A program made the translations under genes and the position numbers. Positions 31,901 through 41,283 of a stretch of DNA of 61,371 nucleotides are shown one piece after another; within the stretch, counting starts at the first letter, position 1, and each line of letters opens with the position of its first letter. The notes beneath the pieces were generated by a model that was given only the letters and a program-made list of their open reading frames with translations, ran no database searches and was not told the DNA's origin. The stretch lies in the NCBI GenBank assembly GCA_044227805.1, contig JBGAWA010000011.1:1-61371 (forward strand). The letters are read 5' to 3'. The stretch comes from Chitinophagales bacterium (GTDB lineage: Bacteria > Bacteroidota > Bacteroidia > Chitinophagales > UBA10324).

Positions 31901-34389
31901 TCATAGCAGAATGAGGTAGGGCCGGTGGCAGTAATGATTGGCTGCGGTAGCGGATTGACGGTAATCACTTTGACAGGACTGGTGGAAACACATCCATTCA
32001 AATCAGTAATCATACAGGTGTAGGCGCCCGAACTGCCGACGGTGATCATATTGCCTGTTGCACCGGTTGACCAGCTATAATTGTAGTATCCTTCGGGCAT
32101 ACTCAGGTTGGTTGTCTCATTTTGACAGAGTATTGAGCCATTAGAGACACTGATTGCGGGAGCGGAAAGGGAATTAACAGTAATGTTTATTCCTGCATCA
32201 TTTTTTTTCGAACATCCATGTGCATCGGTCACTGTTACTTTATAAAGTCCGCTTGCCGTTGGGATATAGATTTGCGCAGTGGCACCCGTGATAACGGCGC
32301 CACCTTTTGTCCATTGACAGGCATAGCCGGGAATCGTCGCCAGGGTTGTTGGATTTTCAAGGCAAAAAGTAGCCGGTCCCATGGGCGTAATGGTCGGATA
32401 GTCAGGTTCCCATACCGTTACTTCAATAGCATTTGAATTGGCCTGGCATCCATTGGCATCTTTAACGTTCACCCAATAAGTACCAGAGGTAAAGAACTTA
32501 TCAGTTTGCAGATTACCACCATCCGACCAGTTATAGTTGTTATACACCTGGTTTACCTGAAGAGTAACACCCACATCATAACATCCCTGCGCAGCAGAAA
32601 CGGGGCTGATGACAGGCTGCGGAAGCGGATTAACCGTAATAGTTTCTGTATCTGATGCCACGTAACAACCGGTTGCATTATCAGTGATCAGCAGATAATG
32701 ATTGCCGGTAGTGGTGATAGTTGCCTGCGGTGTATTTTCCCCGGTTAAAGGCCACAGATATGTTACGTTAGTGTATGTAAAATTAGGGCCGAGATAAAGT
32801 AAGGCGCTGCCTCCCTCACAAAATGTTTTTGGATCAGTAACCTTTATGTTGGGTTTGGTAGGAACCGGATTAACGGAGGTGATGCGTGTGCTTGAATAGG
32901 GTTGCAGCATCAGTGTTGCTGGCAAGGTACCATTGACCACGGTCACATCGGCGGCTGTTGCGATCAGTTGCAAAGCAGGTGCATAACGCATTTCAAAGGT
33001 GCCACCGGCCGGAAACATGATGTTAGTAGTTAATTGCTGAACACTGCCTGTAAGGTTGAGGATTAAAGCATCTGAAGCAGTACCATTGTTGAACAGGTAG
33101 CCAAATAAGCCATTGTAATAAATGGAATCACCTTTTTCTATAGCAACCACCTGTGGGTTGGGAGTGAATTGAATCGGTGACGCATACCCTTTGTCATACA
33201 TCGCATTGCCAACCATGGTCATATTGTTGCCGCAGGCTGTCAGTCCCCAGAAAGTAGTGGCAGGCTGAACCGGTGGCGGAATAAAACTTGGATCATCGCC
33301 ATTCCCAAAAACAAAACCTTCCGTATCATAAAAATGGCTGCCATAGACGGCTGTGCCGCACATTCCATGCGGCGTCACTTTGGTGATCCGGTCATCCTGC
33401 AACAGTAACAATCTTTGAAGCGCCTGGTAAAGTCCATGTGTCCAGTAACCATGAGTCGGGCGTTCATGATCCGACAGGTTAAACTCCGTGATCCACACTT
33501 CTTTGCCCGGCCTCACTTTCACCATGGACTTGTTTTGTAAAATATCCCATCCCTTATAAGGCTGATAAAGCCAGTCAGGCACATCCTGCATAGTAACATC
33601 TAACTTTTCAGCGGTTGTTTCCAGTGAATCAGCATCAGCGGATGGGTAATAAAAATGAAAGGTCATGGCATCTTCCCCCTCGAGGTGGGCGAGTACGCTA
33701 TCATTCCAGATCTTCCGGCGCGGAGCAGAATTTTTATCAAAAACACCCTGCGCGGCTACTTTTGCATTGGGAAAATATTTATGAATACTGTCTGCCCAAA
33801 TAGTGGCTGCTATGCCATAATCTGCAGGTGTTGGAAATTTTTGAAGGATGTAAGCGGAGTCCGGATCGTCACCTTCCAGGTAAAATTCATTACCCAACTC
33901 TACATACTTCACCGGTATGCCGATTGAATCAGCATGCTTCAGCATGGCAATCTGCTCGGGGATATCAGAAAGAATCATGTTAACCCCCAGAATGGTTGCC
34001 TGAACGCCACTGGCATCTCTCAAGACTTTATAATCTTCCAGCTTATTGGGAACCTTGGTAAGAGAAGCGTATTTGTCCGGCACATTGGGATCATCATATA
34101 CCCATCCTTCCCTCCAGTTATACCAACTGGAGAAAGCACCTTGCGGAAAACGGTAGACCTGTGGCTTCAGCAATGGCATTTTAGCCAAAAGGTTCGGATT
34201 TACACAGGATGATCCGCCCCTGATAGTTGTGCCGGTATTAAATCCAAACAGATCATTGGTGATAGTCCTCCTCGTTGATAACCCGGGCGCAATGGTTTGT
34301 GCATCCACTGCAGTAACTACAATAAGCAAACAGGCACAACACAGTGTGAAACAGCGTGCAAAAAATGCGGCATGTAGATCTTTATCCAT
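28954..34389 (-). CDS. T9SS-sorted clan GH-A glycoside hydrolase with 16 Ig-like repeats (paralog of 25538-28498)
   Basis: RFPQGAFSSWYNWREG, YVELGNEFY, VWITEFN; 16 ~74-aa repeats; CTD IYPNPTTG..AGMYVVVL. The start is ATG 34389 or TTG 34395. Confidence 0.8.
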   Translation of the reverse strand: MDKDLHAAFFARCFTLCCACLLIVVTAVDAQTIAPGLSTRRTITNDLFGFNTGTTIRGGSSCVNPNLLAKMPLLKPQVYRFPQGAFSSWYNWREGWVYDDPNVPDKYASLTKVPNKLEDYKVLRDASGVQATILGVNMILSDIPEQIAMLKHADSIGIPVKYVELGNEFYLEGDDPDSAYILQKFPTPADYGIAATIWADSIHKYFPNAKVAAQGVFDKNSAPRRKIWNDSVLAHLEGEDAMTFHFYYPSADADSLETTAEKLDVTMQDVPDWLYQPYKGWDILQNKSMVKVRPGKEVWITEFNLSDHERPTHGYWTHGLYQALQRLLLLQDDRITKVTPHGMCGTAVYGSHFYDTEGFVFGNGDDPSFIPPPVQPATTFWGLTACGNNMTMVGNAMYDKGYASPIQFTPNPQVVAIEKGDSIYYNGLFGYLFNNGTASDALILNLTGSVQQLTTNIMFPAGGTFEMRYAPALQLIATAADVTVVNGTLPATLMLQPYSSTRITSVNPVPTKPNIKVTDPKTFCEGGSALLYLGPNFTYTNVTYLWPLTGENTPQATITTTGNHYLLITDNATGCYVASDTETITVNPLPQPVISPVSAAQGCYDVGVTLQVNQVYNNYNWSDGGNLQTDKFFTSGTYWVNVKDANGCQANSNAIEVTVWEPDYPTITPMGPATFCLENPTTLATIPGYACQWTKGGAVITGATAQIYIPTASGLYKVTVTDAHGCSKKNDAGINITVNSLSAPAISVSNGSILCQNETTNLSMPEGYYNYSWSTGATGNMITVGSSGAYTCMITDLNGCVSTSPVKVITVNPLPQPIITATGPTSFCYDQSVTLSAQAGFNQYTWSNGKSGQSITAETNGPITVTVKDANNCYGTSPSLNLTVWDLPVPTVTITGPVAYCIENPSTLSTIPGYTYQWKKGATVLVNATNQTYQPTVTNALYKVVITDIHGCSRTSDNFSVTVNSGTPASLTVTGGTTICQGQSTNIAATAGYVSYMWSSGQTSSSITVTNAGNYAVTTTDVNGCIATSSPKTIVVNALPQPSITALGATSFCDGGSVMLDAGTGYNSYSWSNGKSTQTVSITASGNYTVTVTDANGCSATSPLVTVTEWIPPTPVISTSTGATVFCANAGVYLTTIAGYSYQWQKAGVDIAGATQQNYLPVSGGNYKVVITDAHGCQKTSSSFTITINNNPAPVITGPSTVCQGSSIVLSCGTFSNYNWSTGSTSPTITVNAAGSFTVTVTDANGCSGTSAAKNITISSSLTPVITAQGPTQFCDGGSVVLDAGSGFSSYAWSNGKTTQTTTITASGSFAVTVTNSSGCSGTSSFVNVDEWIPPTPVITTSSGTITYCTGSGYYLTTISGYAYQWQKSSVNISGATGQNFTPTSGGTYKVIITDSHGCSKTSSGLAVTQFTSPSPVITGPSAVCVGSSITLSCGSFVSYAWSNGSQAASINIGTAGSYAVTVTDANGCSGTSAPKTVTASQVPVPAINALSATQFCDGGNVTLDAGSGYSSYSWSNSKTTQTISVTATGNYTVTVTNSAGCSGTSSPVTVTVWTLPAVNVSAVGPTTYCLNAGTYLTTVTGPYNYQWLKGTTAQNGATNQNFTPVSSGTYKVQVTDQHGCNKTSSGLKVTVNPLPAATISVSGSTNICSGQTKTIAANTGSGLTYAWKKDGASIAGATASTYVAATAGNYTCVVTNASGCSSTSNSISITSNCKDGMLPIDDNTSWLIYPNPTTGDVHIRFNTGADESGSYLLEIRNLTGAVIRSRQSTFTDHLIFTDLFLDAEIAAGMYVVVLHVGEHIYHQPLIVTRE

Positions 34390-34731
34390 AAGCAAGAAGT
34401 TAAAAGATTAACCAAAAATGGTTAACCAAATGACAGATTGCTTACGGCGATTCGTCGTAAATTGTTGCCAATCCGATAAAATAATCATGTACGGAAACGA
34501 CGAAAATTACCTGCTGGAAATAGCGAAAGCCTTGCCTGATAAGCGTTTGAGCAGGTATCCATAGAAACAGACCCGTAAGAAAAAGTGTGATTCAGGCATA
34601 AACCGGGATTTTCAGTGCAAAAGGGCAACTGCGGTGATATGCCATAGAATGGCTGATCCTAGGTAAAGCATCTTCCCCAGTGAAAGAAATGATTAACCAT
34701 GAGCAGCGCAAATGCTAATGCAATGGATTCC

Positions 34732-36015
34732 TCAACTCAATAATCCGGGATATAGTGGAAATTGTTGCATAAAGTCATGAACATCCTGACGCGTTTTATT
34801 GATCAGGCTTTCATGATCTGGGTCCATGATGATCCGATCCATCCATTCTACGATTTGCGCCATATGTTGCTCTGTCATACCCCGCGAAGTGATGGCAGCA
34901 GCACCCACCCGGATACCGGAGGTGACAAAGGCAGATTTGTCGTCAAAAGGAACCATATTTTTGTTTAGGGTGATTTCGGCGCGTACCAACACATTTTCGG
35001 CCTTCTTCCCTGATATGTTTTTGTTACGCAGGTCAATCAGCATAAGGTGGTTATCCGTGCCATCCGATACGAGCTTATAGCCGCGATCGGTAAATGCCTT
35101 TGCAAGTGCCTGCGCATTTTTTTGCACCTGTGCCATATAGGTTCTGAAACTATCCGTCAGCGCCTCGCCAAAAGCAACTGCTTTCGCAGCAATCACATGT
35201 TCCAGCGGCCCGCCTTGTGTTCCCGGAAAGACAGCACCATCGAGCAGTGACGACATCATCCTGATCTCTCCTTTCGGGGTTTTCAGGCCAAATGGATTTT
35301 CAAAATCCTTACCCATAAGAATAATGCCTCCACGCGGACCCCGAAGTGTTTTATGGGTAGTGGAAGTTACAAAATGACAATGCGGAAGCGGGTCATTCAA
35401 CAGGTCAGCGGCAATCAGTCCGGCAGGATGCGCCATATCACAAAGCAGAAATGCTCCTGTTTCATCGGCAATTTCACGAAACCGTTTATAGTCATAATCT
35501 CTTGAATACGCTGATGCACCGCAAATAATAAGCTTGGGCCGCTCGGCTTTCGCCTTACTTTCCACCTCGTCCATATTGATACGGCCTGATGATTTATCTA
35601 CACCATAAAATGTTGCACGGAAGTATTTGCCCGAAAAATTAACCGGTGATCCATGTGTCAGGTGACCGCCATGCGAAAGATCGAGACCGAGTATGGTATC
35701 GCCCGGCTGCAGCACCGCTAAAAACACTGCTGTGTTAGCCTGCGCCCCGGAATGCGGTTGTACATTGGCATAGGCAGCGCCAAACAGCTCTTTGATACGG
35801 TCAATAGCCAGTTGTTCCACCTGGTCAACCACTTCACAGCCACCGTAATACCTCCGGCCCGGATATCCTTCCGCATATTTATTGGTGAGGCAACTGCCCA
35901 TGGCTTCCATCACCTGCGCGCTCACGAAATTTTCGGAAGCAATCAGTTCAATGCCATGGCGCTGCCGTTCGAGTTCTTTGTGAAGCAGCGAAAAAAGGAG
36001 TTCATCTCGTTTCAT
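34732..36015 (-). CDS. glyA: Serine hydroxymethyltransferase
   Basis: [49 protein letters not shown]; start MKRDE at 36015. Confidence 0.98.
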   Translation of the reverse strand: MKRDELLFSLLHKELERQRHGIELIASENFVSAQVMEAMGSCLTNKYAEGYPGRRYYGGCEVVDQVEQLAIDRIKELFGAAYANVQPHSGAQANTAVFLAVLQPGDTILGLDLSHGGHLTHGSPVNFSGKYFRATFYGVDKSSGRINMDEVESKAKAERPKLIICGASAYSRDYDYKRFREIADETGAFLLCDMAHPAGLIAADLLNDPLPHCHFVTSTTHKTLRGPRGGIILMGKDFENPFGLKTPKGEIRMMSSLLDGAVFPGTQGGPLEHVIAAKAVAFGEALTDSFRTYMAQVQKNAQALAKAFTDRGYKLVSDGTDNHLMLIDLRNKNISGKKAENVLVRAEITLNKNMVPFDDKSAFVTSGIRVGAAAITSRGMTEQHMAQIVEWMDRIIMDPDHESLINKTRQDVHDFMQQFPLYPGLLS

Positions 36016-36156
36016 ATCAGGAGTAAGTACGGCGTTAAAAATAAGACGATTTGCAGGAATTGCTACGGCAAACAAATTTTATAAGCTATGCGGCAAATGA
36101 TCCATCATCAACTTAGTGCTATGTTTGCCCGCAGCTATCCATACGGCTGGCTGGCC

Positions 36157-36633
36157 ATGACCGTCATCCTGCTACATACTGAAATCCATGCACCGGTTCG
36201 CCGCTGTTTTGATCTTTCGCGCAGCATTGAGGTGCACATGCTTTCTACGGCGGGTACTCATGAAAAGGCGATTGCCGGCGTCACCAAAGGCCTGATCGGC
36301 CTCCATGAAACTGTTACCTGGCGGGCCAAACATCTCGGTTTTTATCAGGAGCTTACGGTCCGCATCACGGCTTTTGATGATACCCGCTTTTTCAGAGACA
36401 CCCTGGTGAAAGGCATTTTTAAGAGTATGGAACATGAACATCATTTCAAAGCCATGGGTGATGTTACCACTATGACCGATGTATTAAGATTCGAAGCGCC
36501 ACTTGGCCCGCTGGGCATCATCGCTGAAAAATTAGTGCTGCGTCGATATATGAAAAAATTTCTGCTGGAAAGAAACCGTGTGATTAAAAGACTGGCAGAA
36601 TCAGGTGATTGGAAAAATTATGTCGATTCCTGA
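36157..36633 (+). CDS. SRPBCC family protein
   Basis: I.L.T.I.AP..RCFDLSRSI..H..ST..T.EKAIAG..VTWRAKH..EH.H.F. A -7 box TATGTTTG lies at 36120-36127. Confidence 0.85.
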   Translation: MTVILLHTEIHAPVRRCFDLSRSIEVHMLSTAGTHEKAIAGVTKGLIGLHETVTWRAKHLGFYQELTVRITAFDDTRFFRDTLVKGIFKSMEHEHHFKAMGDVTTMTDVLRFEAPLGPLGIIAEKLVLRRYMKKFLLERNRVIKRLAESGDWKNYVDS

Positions 36634-36828
36634 AAAAGCTCATAATCCGCGCTAGGTTTTGAATCCGCACCTGCCATTTGAAAAATCCCACTGCACCGCT
36701 ACCTTACCGTGCCAAAGGATGAAGAAGCAAGAAAGAATTCTTTCATCGCAATCCATTGCTGATTATCCTGCGATAGCCGGTTGCCTTTCTTTGCTGAAAT
36801 GAAGACGCATCTGCTATCTTTGCGCGCC

Positions 36829-38316
36829 ATGAACCCGTTGAAAATTTATAACAGTTTAAGCCGTTCGAAAGAATTATTTACCCCCATCAATCCGCCGTAT
36901 GCAGGCATGTATGTATGCGGTCCTACGGTAAGCGGCGAAACACATCTTGGCCATTCACGCGCCTACGTAACATTTGATATTCTCTACCGCTACCTTTTGC
37001 ACGCTGGCTACAAAGTCCGCTATGTACGCAACATCACCGATGCCGGACATTTTGAAGAGGAGGACCGTGCCGCGGAAGATAAAGTAGCCAGCAAGGCCAA
37101 ACTCGAACGCCTTGAACCAATGGAACTGGTGCAGAAATACACCAATATCTTTCACGATATGATGGACAGGCTCAACATCCTGCGGCCCAGCATTGAGCCC
37201 ACTGCAACCGGCCACATCGTGGAGCAGATTGCCATGATAGAAGATATTATTGAAAAGGGTTTTGCTTACGTGGTAAACGGTTCAGTGTATTTTGATGTGA
37301 CTCGATACGCCAGGGAAAATGACTATGGCCGCTTATCAGGAAGAAGGATTGAGGAGATGATAGCCGGCAGCCGTGAACTGGAAGGACAGGGAGAGAAGCG
37401 CAATCCCGCTGATTTTGCTCTTTGGAAAAACGCTCCGGCCGGTCACCTGATGCGATGGAAAAGTCCCTGGGGCGATGGCTTCCCGGGATGGCATATTGAA
37501 TGCTCCGCCATGTCGTCAAAATACCTGGGAACACCATTCGACATTCACGGCGGCGGCATGGATCTGTTATTTCCGCATCATGAAAGCGAGATTGCGCAAA
37601 CCAAAATAGCCACAGGGCATGCCATCGCCAACTATTGGATTCATAACAACATGATTACCGTGAAAGGACAGAAGATGAGCAAATCACTGGGTAATACCAT
37701 CACGATTGCACAGCTCTTCAACGGTGACCATCCGTTGCTCGACCGTGCCTATTCACCGATGACGTTGCGCTTTTTTATTCTGCAGACACATTACCGCAGT
37801 ACGCTTGACTTTTCCAATGATGCACTGTCCTCAGCCGAAAAAGGATTGCAGCGCCTGCTGCAGGCACTGGAAACAGTGAATAAATTATCCTATACGGAAA
37901 ACAGCGCTAATTATGATACTGAAGAAGACAACAGGATTCGGACACTGATCGGATCATGCACAGAATATATGAATGACGACCTGAATACGGCCATGGCACT
38001 CGCTGCCTTGTTTGAGCTGGGTTCGGCCATCTTTTCCTGGAAGCATGAACAACGATCTTTATCTTCCATCAGCAAAGAAACATTTGAATGGCTGGTTGTT
38101 ACTTTCAATGAATTTGTAACCGGCATTTTCGGGCTAAAAAGTGAGAAAGACAGCAGCGACAGCCAATTGAATGGTTTAATGGACCTGGTGATCTCTTTGC
38201 GTAAAGAAGCGCGGAACAAAAAGGATTTTGCCACTTCAGATAAGATACGCGATGATCTGCAAAAGGTGGGCATTCAGTTGAAGGATGGTAAAGACGGTAC
38301 GAGTTGGGAAGCATGA
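36829..38316 (+). CDS. cysS: Cysteine--tRNA ligase
   Basis: [50 protein letters not shown]. Confidence 0.98.
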   Translation: MNPLKIYNSLSRSKELFTPINPPYAGMYVCGPTVSGETHLGHSRAYVTFDILYRYLLHAGYKVRYVRNITDAGHFEEEDRAAEDKVASKAKLERLEPMELVQKYTNIFHDMMDRLNILRPSIEPTATGHIVEQIAMIEDIIEKGFAYVVNGSVYFDVTRYARENDYGRLSGRRIEEMIAGSRELEGQGEKRNPADFALWKNAPAGHLMRWKSPWGDGFPGWHIECSAMSSKYLGTPFDIHGGGMDLLFPHHESEIAQTKIATGHAIANYWIHNNMITVKGQKMSKSLGNTITIAQLFNGDHPLLDRAYSPMTLRFFILQTHYRSTLDFSNDALSSAEKGLQRLLQALETVNKLSYTENSANYDTEEDNRIRTLIGSCTEYMNDDLNTAMALAALFELGSAIFSWKHEQRSLSSISKETFEWLVVTFNEFVTGIFGLKSEKDSSDSQLNGLMDLVISLRKEARNKKDFATSDKIRDDLQKVGIQLKDGKDGTSWEA

Positions 38317-38460
38317 GGATCTGTTGTTTTTCCTCTGGAAGTGAGGAAAATCATGGGCTTTCAGGGAGGATTTTTCAGCAGGGAATTTTCCATGTAAAGT
38401 CCATGCTGATGAGCAATCAATGAATGATTGTTCCATACCACAAAAGTGTCGCTCTACCCA

Positions 38461-39633
38461 TCACTCCAATATCACCTCTAAAATTTCTTCCCTGATATCC
38501 GCGGCTTTTTCGGTAACCGGACTGCTGATAATGGTGCCGATATTGATGGCAATAAAAAAATAAGTGTCCTTATCAGGAATGTACTCCAACAGGCAACCCG
38601 CACCAATGCCACCGCCTGAGTGGCCATAAACATTATGTTCTTTGTATGGATCGTTACTGATACCAAGACCATAGCCATAAGCGTATTGACCGGTGTCATT
38701 TTTTACAAAGGTCAGCATCTGATCCATTGAAGACGGTGTCAGCAACTGATCTTCAAATAACGCTTTCAGAAAGCTGACATAATCAGCAGGCGCCGCAATA
38801 ATTCCATCATCACCGATTAATGAACCCACATTAACCTTTTGCATCGCTGAACAGTTTTCCAGTGCACTGTTACTGTAACGATCCCAATAGGAATTCACCA
38901 GGTCCGGCTGGTTAAGGTAATTCTCATCATCACGATAGTAGGAATTCACCAGTCCAAGCGGTTTGAAAATCTGATCCCGCAGATACTTCGCATGATCACC
39001 GGTAAGCTGATCCCCAATCAGTGCCAGGAGCAAATAGTTGGTATTGGTATATCGAAGCTTGCTGCCGGGCTCAAACTGCATATCATCGCCTTCAATAAAA
39101 TCAAGATAATCCATGGTGGTAAAAACATGCAGGGGATGTTGCAGCAGGTAGCTCACATAAGCAGGCTTATCATTGTATTCAGCGATGCCGGAAGTGTGGT
39201 TCATCAGTTGCCTTACCGTTACTTTTTCCGCTCCCGTTACTTTTTTTGTCACCTCGGCAGGAAGGTAGGCCGTTATTTTCTCATCGAGGTTGATCTGTCC
39301 TTGTTCACTCAGCTTCAGCATGGCTACGGCCAGATATGTTTTAGACACACTTTGTGAATACTGGAAGTGGCAGGGTTGCATCAGGGTTTTATTTTCCAGC
39401 TTCGCATATCCCGCAGAACCGGCCCAAAATCCTTCGGGCGAATAAACGGCTATAGCAATACCCGGCAAACCGATGCCGGCATATTTATCAAGCAGGTTTT
39501 GCAGTTGTCCGGCTTTGGAATAACCGGCATTGATATCATCCTGAAAGGTGCAGGCGTTGCCGGCAATTTCCCAAGTCTGTTTACTGCAGGAGGAAATGAA
39601 CACGACGAAGAGCAGTATCAAAAAATATTTCAT
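38461..39633 (-). CDS. Serine hydrolase (beta-lactamase/D-peptidase family) lipoprotein
   Basis: Lipobox FISS|C; SVSK (SxxK), LMNHTSGI, YTN and HSG motifs. Confidence 0.9.
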   Translation of the reverse strand: MKYFLILLFVVFISSCSKQTWEIAGNACTFQDDINAGYSKAGQLQNLLDKYAGIGLPGIAIAVYSPEGFWAGSAGYAKLENKTLMQPCHFQYSQSVSKTYLAVAMLKLSEQGQINLDEKITAYLPAEVTKKVTGAEKVTVRQLMNHTSGIAEYNDKPAYVSYLLQHPLHVFTTMDYLDFIEGDDMQFEPGSKLRYTNTNYLLLALIGDQLTGDHAKYLRDQIFKPLGLVNSYYRDDENYLNQPDLVNSYWDRYSNSALENCSAMQKVNVGSLIGDDGIIAAPADYVSFLKALFEDQLLTPSSMDQMLTFVKNDTGQYAYGYGLGISNDPYKEHNVYGHSGGGIGAGCLLEYIPDKDTYFFIAINIGTIISSPVTEKAADIREEILEVILE

Positions 39634-39650
39634 GACGGTGCTGTTTGATT

Positions 39651-40253
39651 TTAGTAGTTAAAATGAATCCGCGTACCCACCTGGAACAATGAATAAAAGT
39701 TGAGCGGTATGCCATCATTATAAAACAGGGCTGGAACAACCTGGTAACTGATGAATGGCGACAGGTAGGTTTTTGAACTGTAGTTATTATAACCTACACC
39801 AATTCCCAATGGTACCATCAGCTGCGATTTGCCTCCGTAGGTGCTGCTGAGCTGCCCATTGGCATATTCAAATGCCTCCACAGGATGAAAAACCCGCTGC
39901 CAGCCAAGGCCTGCTTTCAGCTCGGGAAAAAAATGCTTGAAAATAGCGGGACGATATACCGTTTGTGTGTAAGCGAAAAATCCGTTACCTGCATTTTTAT
40001 TTAAGTAAAAGCCTGCCTGGAACTGCTGCACCCAGTTTTGCTTTCCATTCAGGCTCACTTCCGTTCCCAAAGCAATACCTACATGCCCGAAGTTGCTTTT
40101 CAGATCCTGAAACGGAAGTGCCAGATTCTGAAACTGCACACTGATGATGATTGGGAAGTTCCGGTAATCCGATTGTGACGCAGTATCCTGTCCCTTACTG
40201 CAGGTTACCTGAAGTGCAGTCAGCAGGCAAATAAGAAAAGTTAATTTCATCAT
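39651..40253 (-). CDS. Hypothetical exported protein, probable outer-membrane beta-barrel
   Basis: Signal peptide; alternating hydrophobic strands; C-terminal FQVGTRIHFNY. Confidence 0.65.
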   Translation of the reverse strand: MMKLTFLICLLTALQVTCSKGQDTASQSDYRNFPIIISVQFQNLALPFQDLKSNFGHVGIALGTEVSLNGKQNWVQQFQAGFYLNKNAGNGFFAYTQTVYRPAIFKHFFPELKAGLGWQRVFHPVEAFEYANGQLSSTYGGKSQLMVPLGIGVGYNNYSSKTYLSPFISYQVVPALFYNDGIPLNFYSLFQVGTRIHFNY

Positions 40254-40320
40254 TAATTTTTTTGTGAGCGCAAATATGCAATGCGTGTCAGGCTAAAAAC
40301 AAGCAATTAACCGCCAATTA

Positions 40321-40352
40321 CCGTGAAGTGTAGCAGATTTGCCCGTGAAATG
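40321..40352. promoter_or_regulatory. Putative LytTR operator (direct repeats)
   Basis: CCGTGAAGTG (40321) and CCGTGAAATG (40343), 22-bp period, upstream of a CATATTTG -7-like box (40271-40278, minus strand). Confidence 0.55.
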
Positions 40353-40358
40353 CCGTAG

Positions 40359-41189
40359 TTATTCAGGCTGAAACCAGGCTTTAAAGGCAGGCGCCTTCAA
40401 ACGACTCACCGGAATGGCATTGGGGAATTTTTCCGTAGACCTGATCAGCACATTGATCTTACCATTTTCACCACGGTCAAATCCGGTCACTACCTGCCGG
40501 TGAACGATAGATTGCCGGTTCAGGCGGAAAAAAAATTCGGGTGGCAGTTTTTGCTCTACCGCATCGAGCGACTCATCGAGGTAATAATTTTTAGACTGCG
40601 TAGTATATAAAACAGCATATTCACTTTCAATGGCAAAGCCCGCTATCTCTGCGAATGAGATGGAAATATTCTTCTTGCCAGCCTTTACCATGAACCCGCC
40701 TTGGCGAATCTCCTTTTCCTGCAGGCGCGTGGCTTCGGTGTCTTGCCACAGGGTATAATAATGCAAGCCAATGTAAATACCATTCACTACAAGAAACCAG
40801 ATGAATATGATGATAATGTCCACTGTAAAAAAAGAGACCGGCATGGGATGATCGGTGAATAACCGGTTCACCAGCATGGTTTGCAGGATGATGGCTGCCA
40901 GGCCAGCGGCGGTACTGCTGATGGTTTGAATAATAATCCGCCGGGAAGTATTTCGCTGATATGGATAAACACGATCGAGGTAAATGATAACAGCCCTGCA
41001 ACACAGCCAGCCAACATAGCCTTGCTGTGTATCAATGAGGTAAGTGAATACAAGGAACCAGTTGAGCTGAACGTTGGTATAGGTGAGGTGATAATTGATA
41101 GCGGCAATGACCGGTATAAGGATGAGAAAAAGCCTTACATCATTATAGCGATATGGCTGCGACCTGAACAAAATTATTTTTTTGGACAA
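40359..41189 (-). CDS. Membrane-anchored LytTR-family DNA-binding protein
   Basis: About four N-terminal TM helices; C-terminal LytTR domain (ESLDAVEQKLPPEFFFRLNRQSIVHR..VSR.K); no receiver domain; TTG start. Confidence 0.85.
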   Translation of the reverse strand: MSKKIILFRSQPYRYNDVRLFLILIPVIAAINYHLTYTNVQLNWFLVFTYLIDTQQGYVGWLCCRAVIIYLDRVYPYQRNTSRRIIIQTISSTAAGLAAIILQTMLVNRLFTDHPMPVSFFTVDIIIIFIWFLVVNGIYIGLHYYTLWQDTEATRLQEKEIRQGGFMVKAGKKNISISFAEIAGFAIESEYAVLYTTQSKNYYLDESLDAVEQKLPPEFFFRLNRQSIVHRQVVTGFDRGENGKINVLIRSTEKFPNAIPVSRLKAPAFKAWFQPE

Positions 41190-41283
41190 AAATATTCAAT
41201 CAGTCCATATGGTGAGGCGCCGGTATCGCCGGCTTCCGCTATAGCAAAACCATGTTGTCCCGTTTGGCACCTCAAAGATTTTA

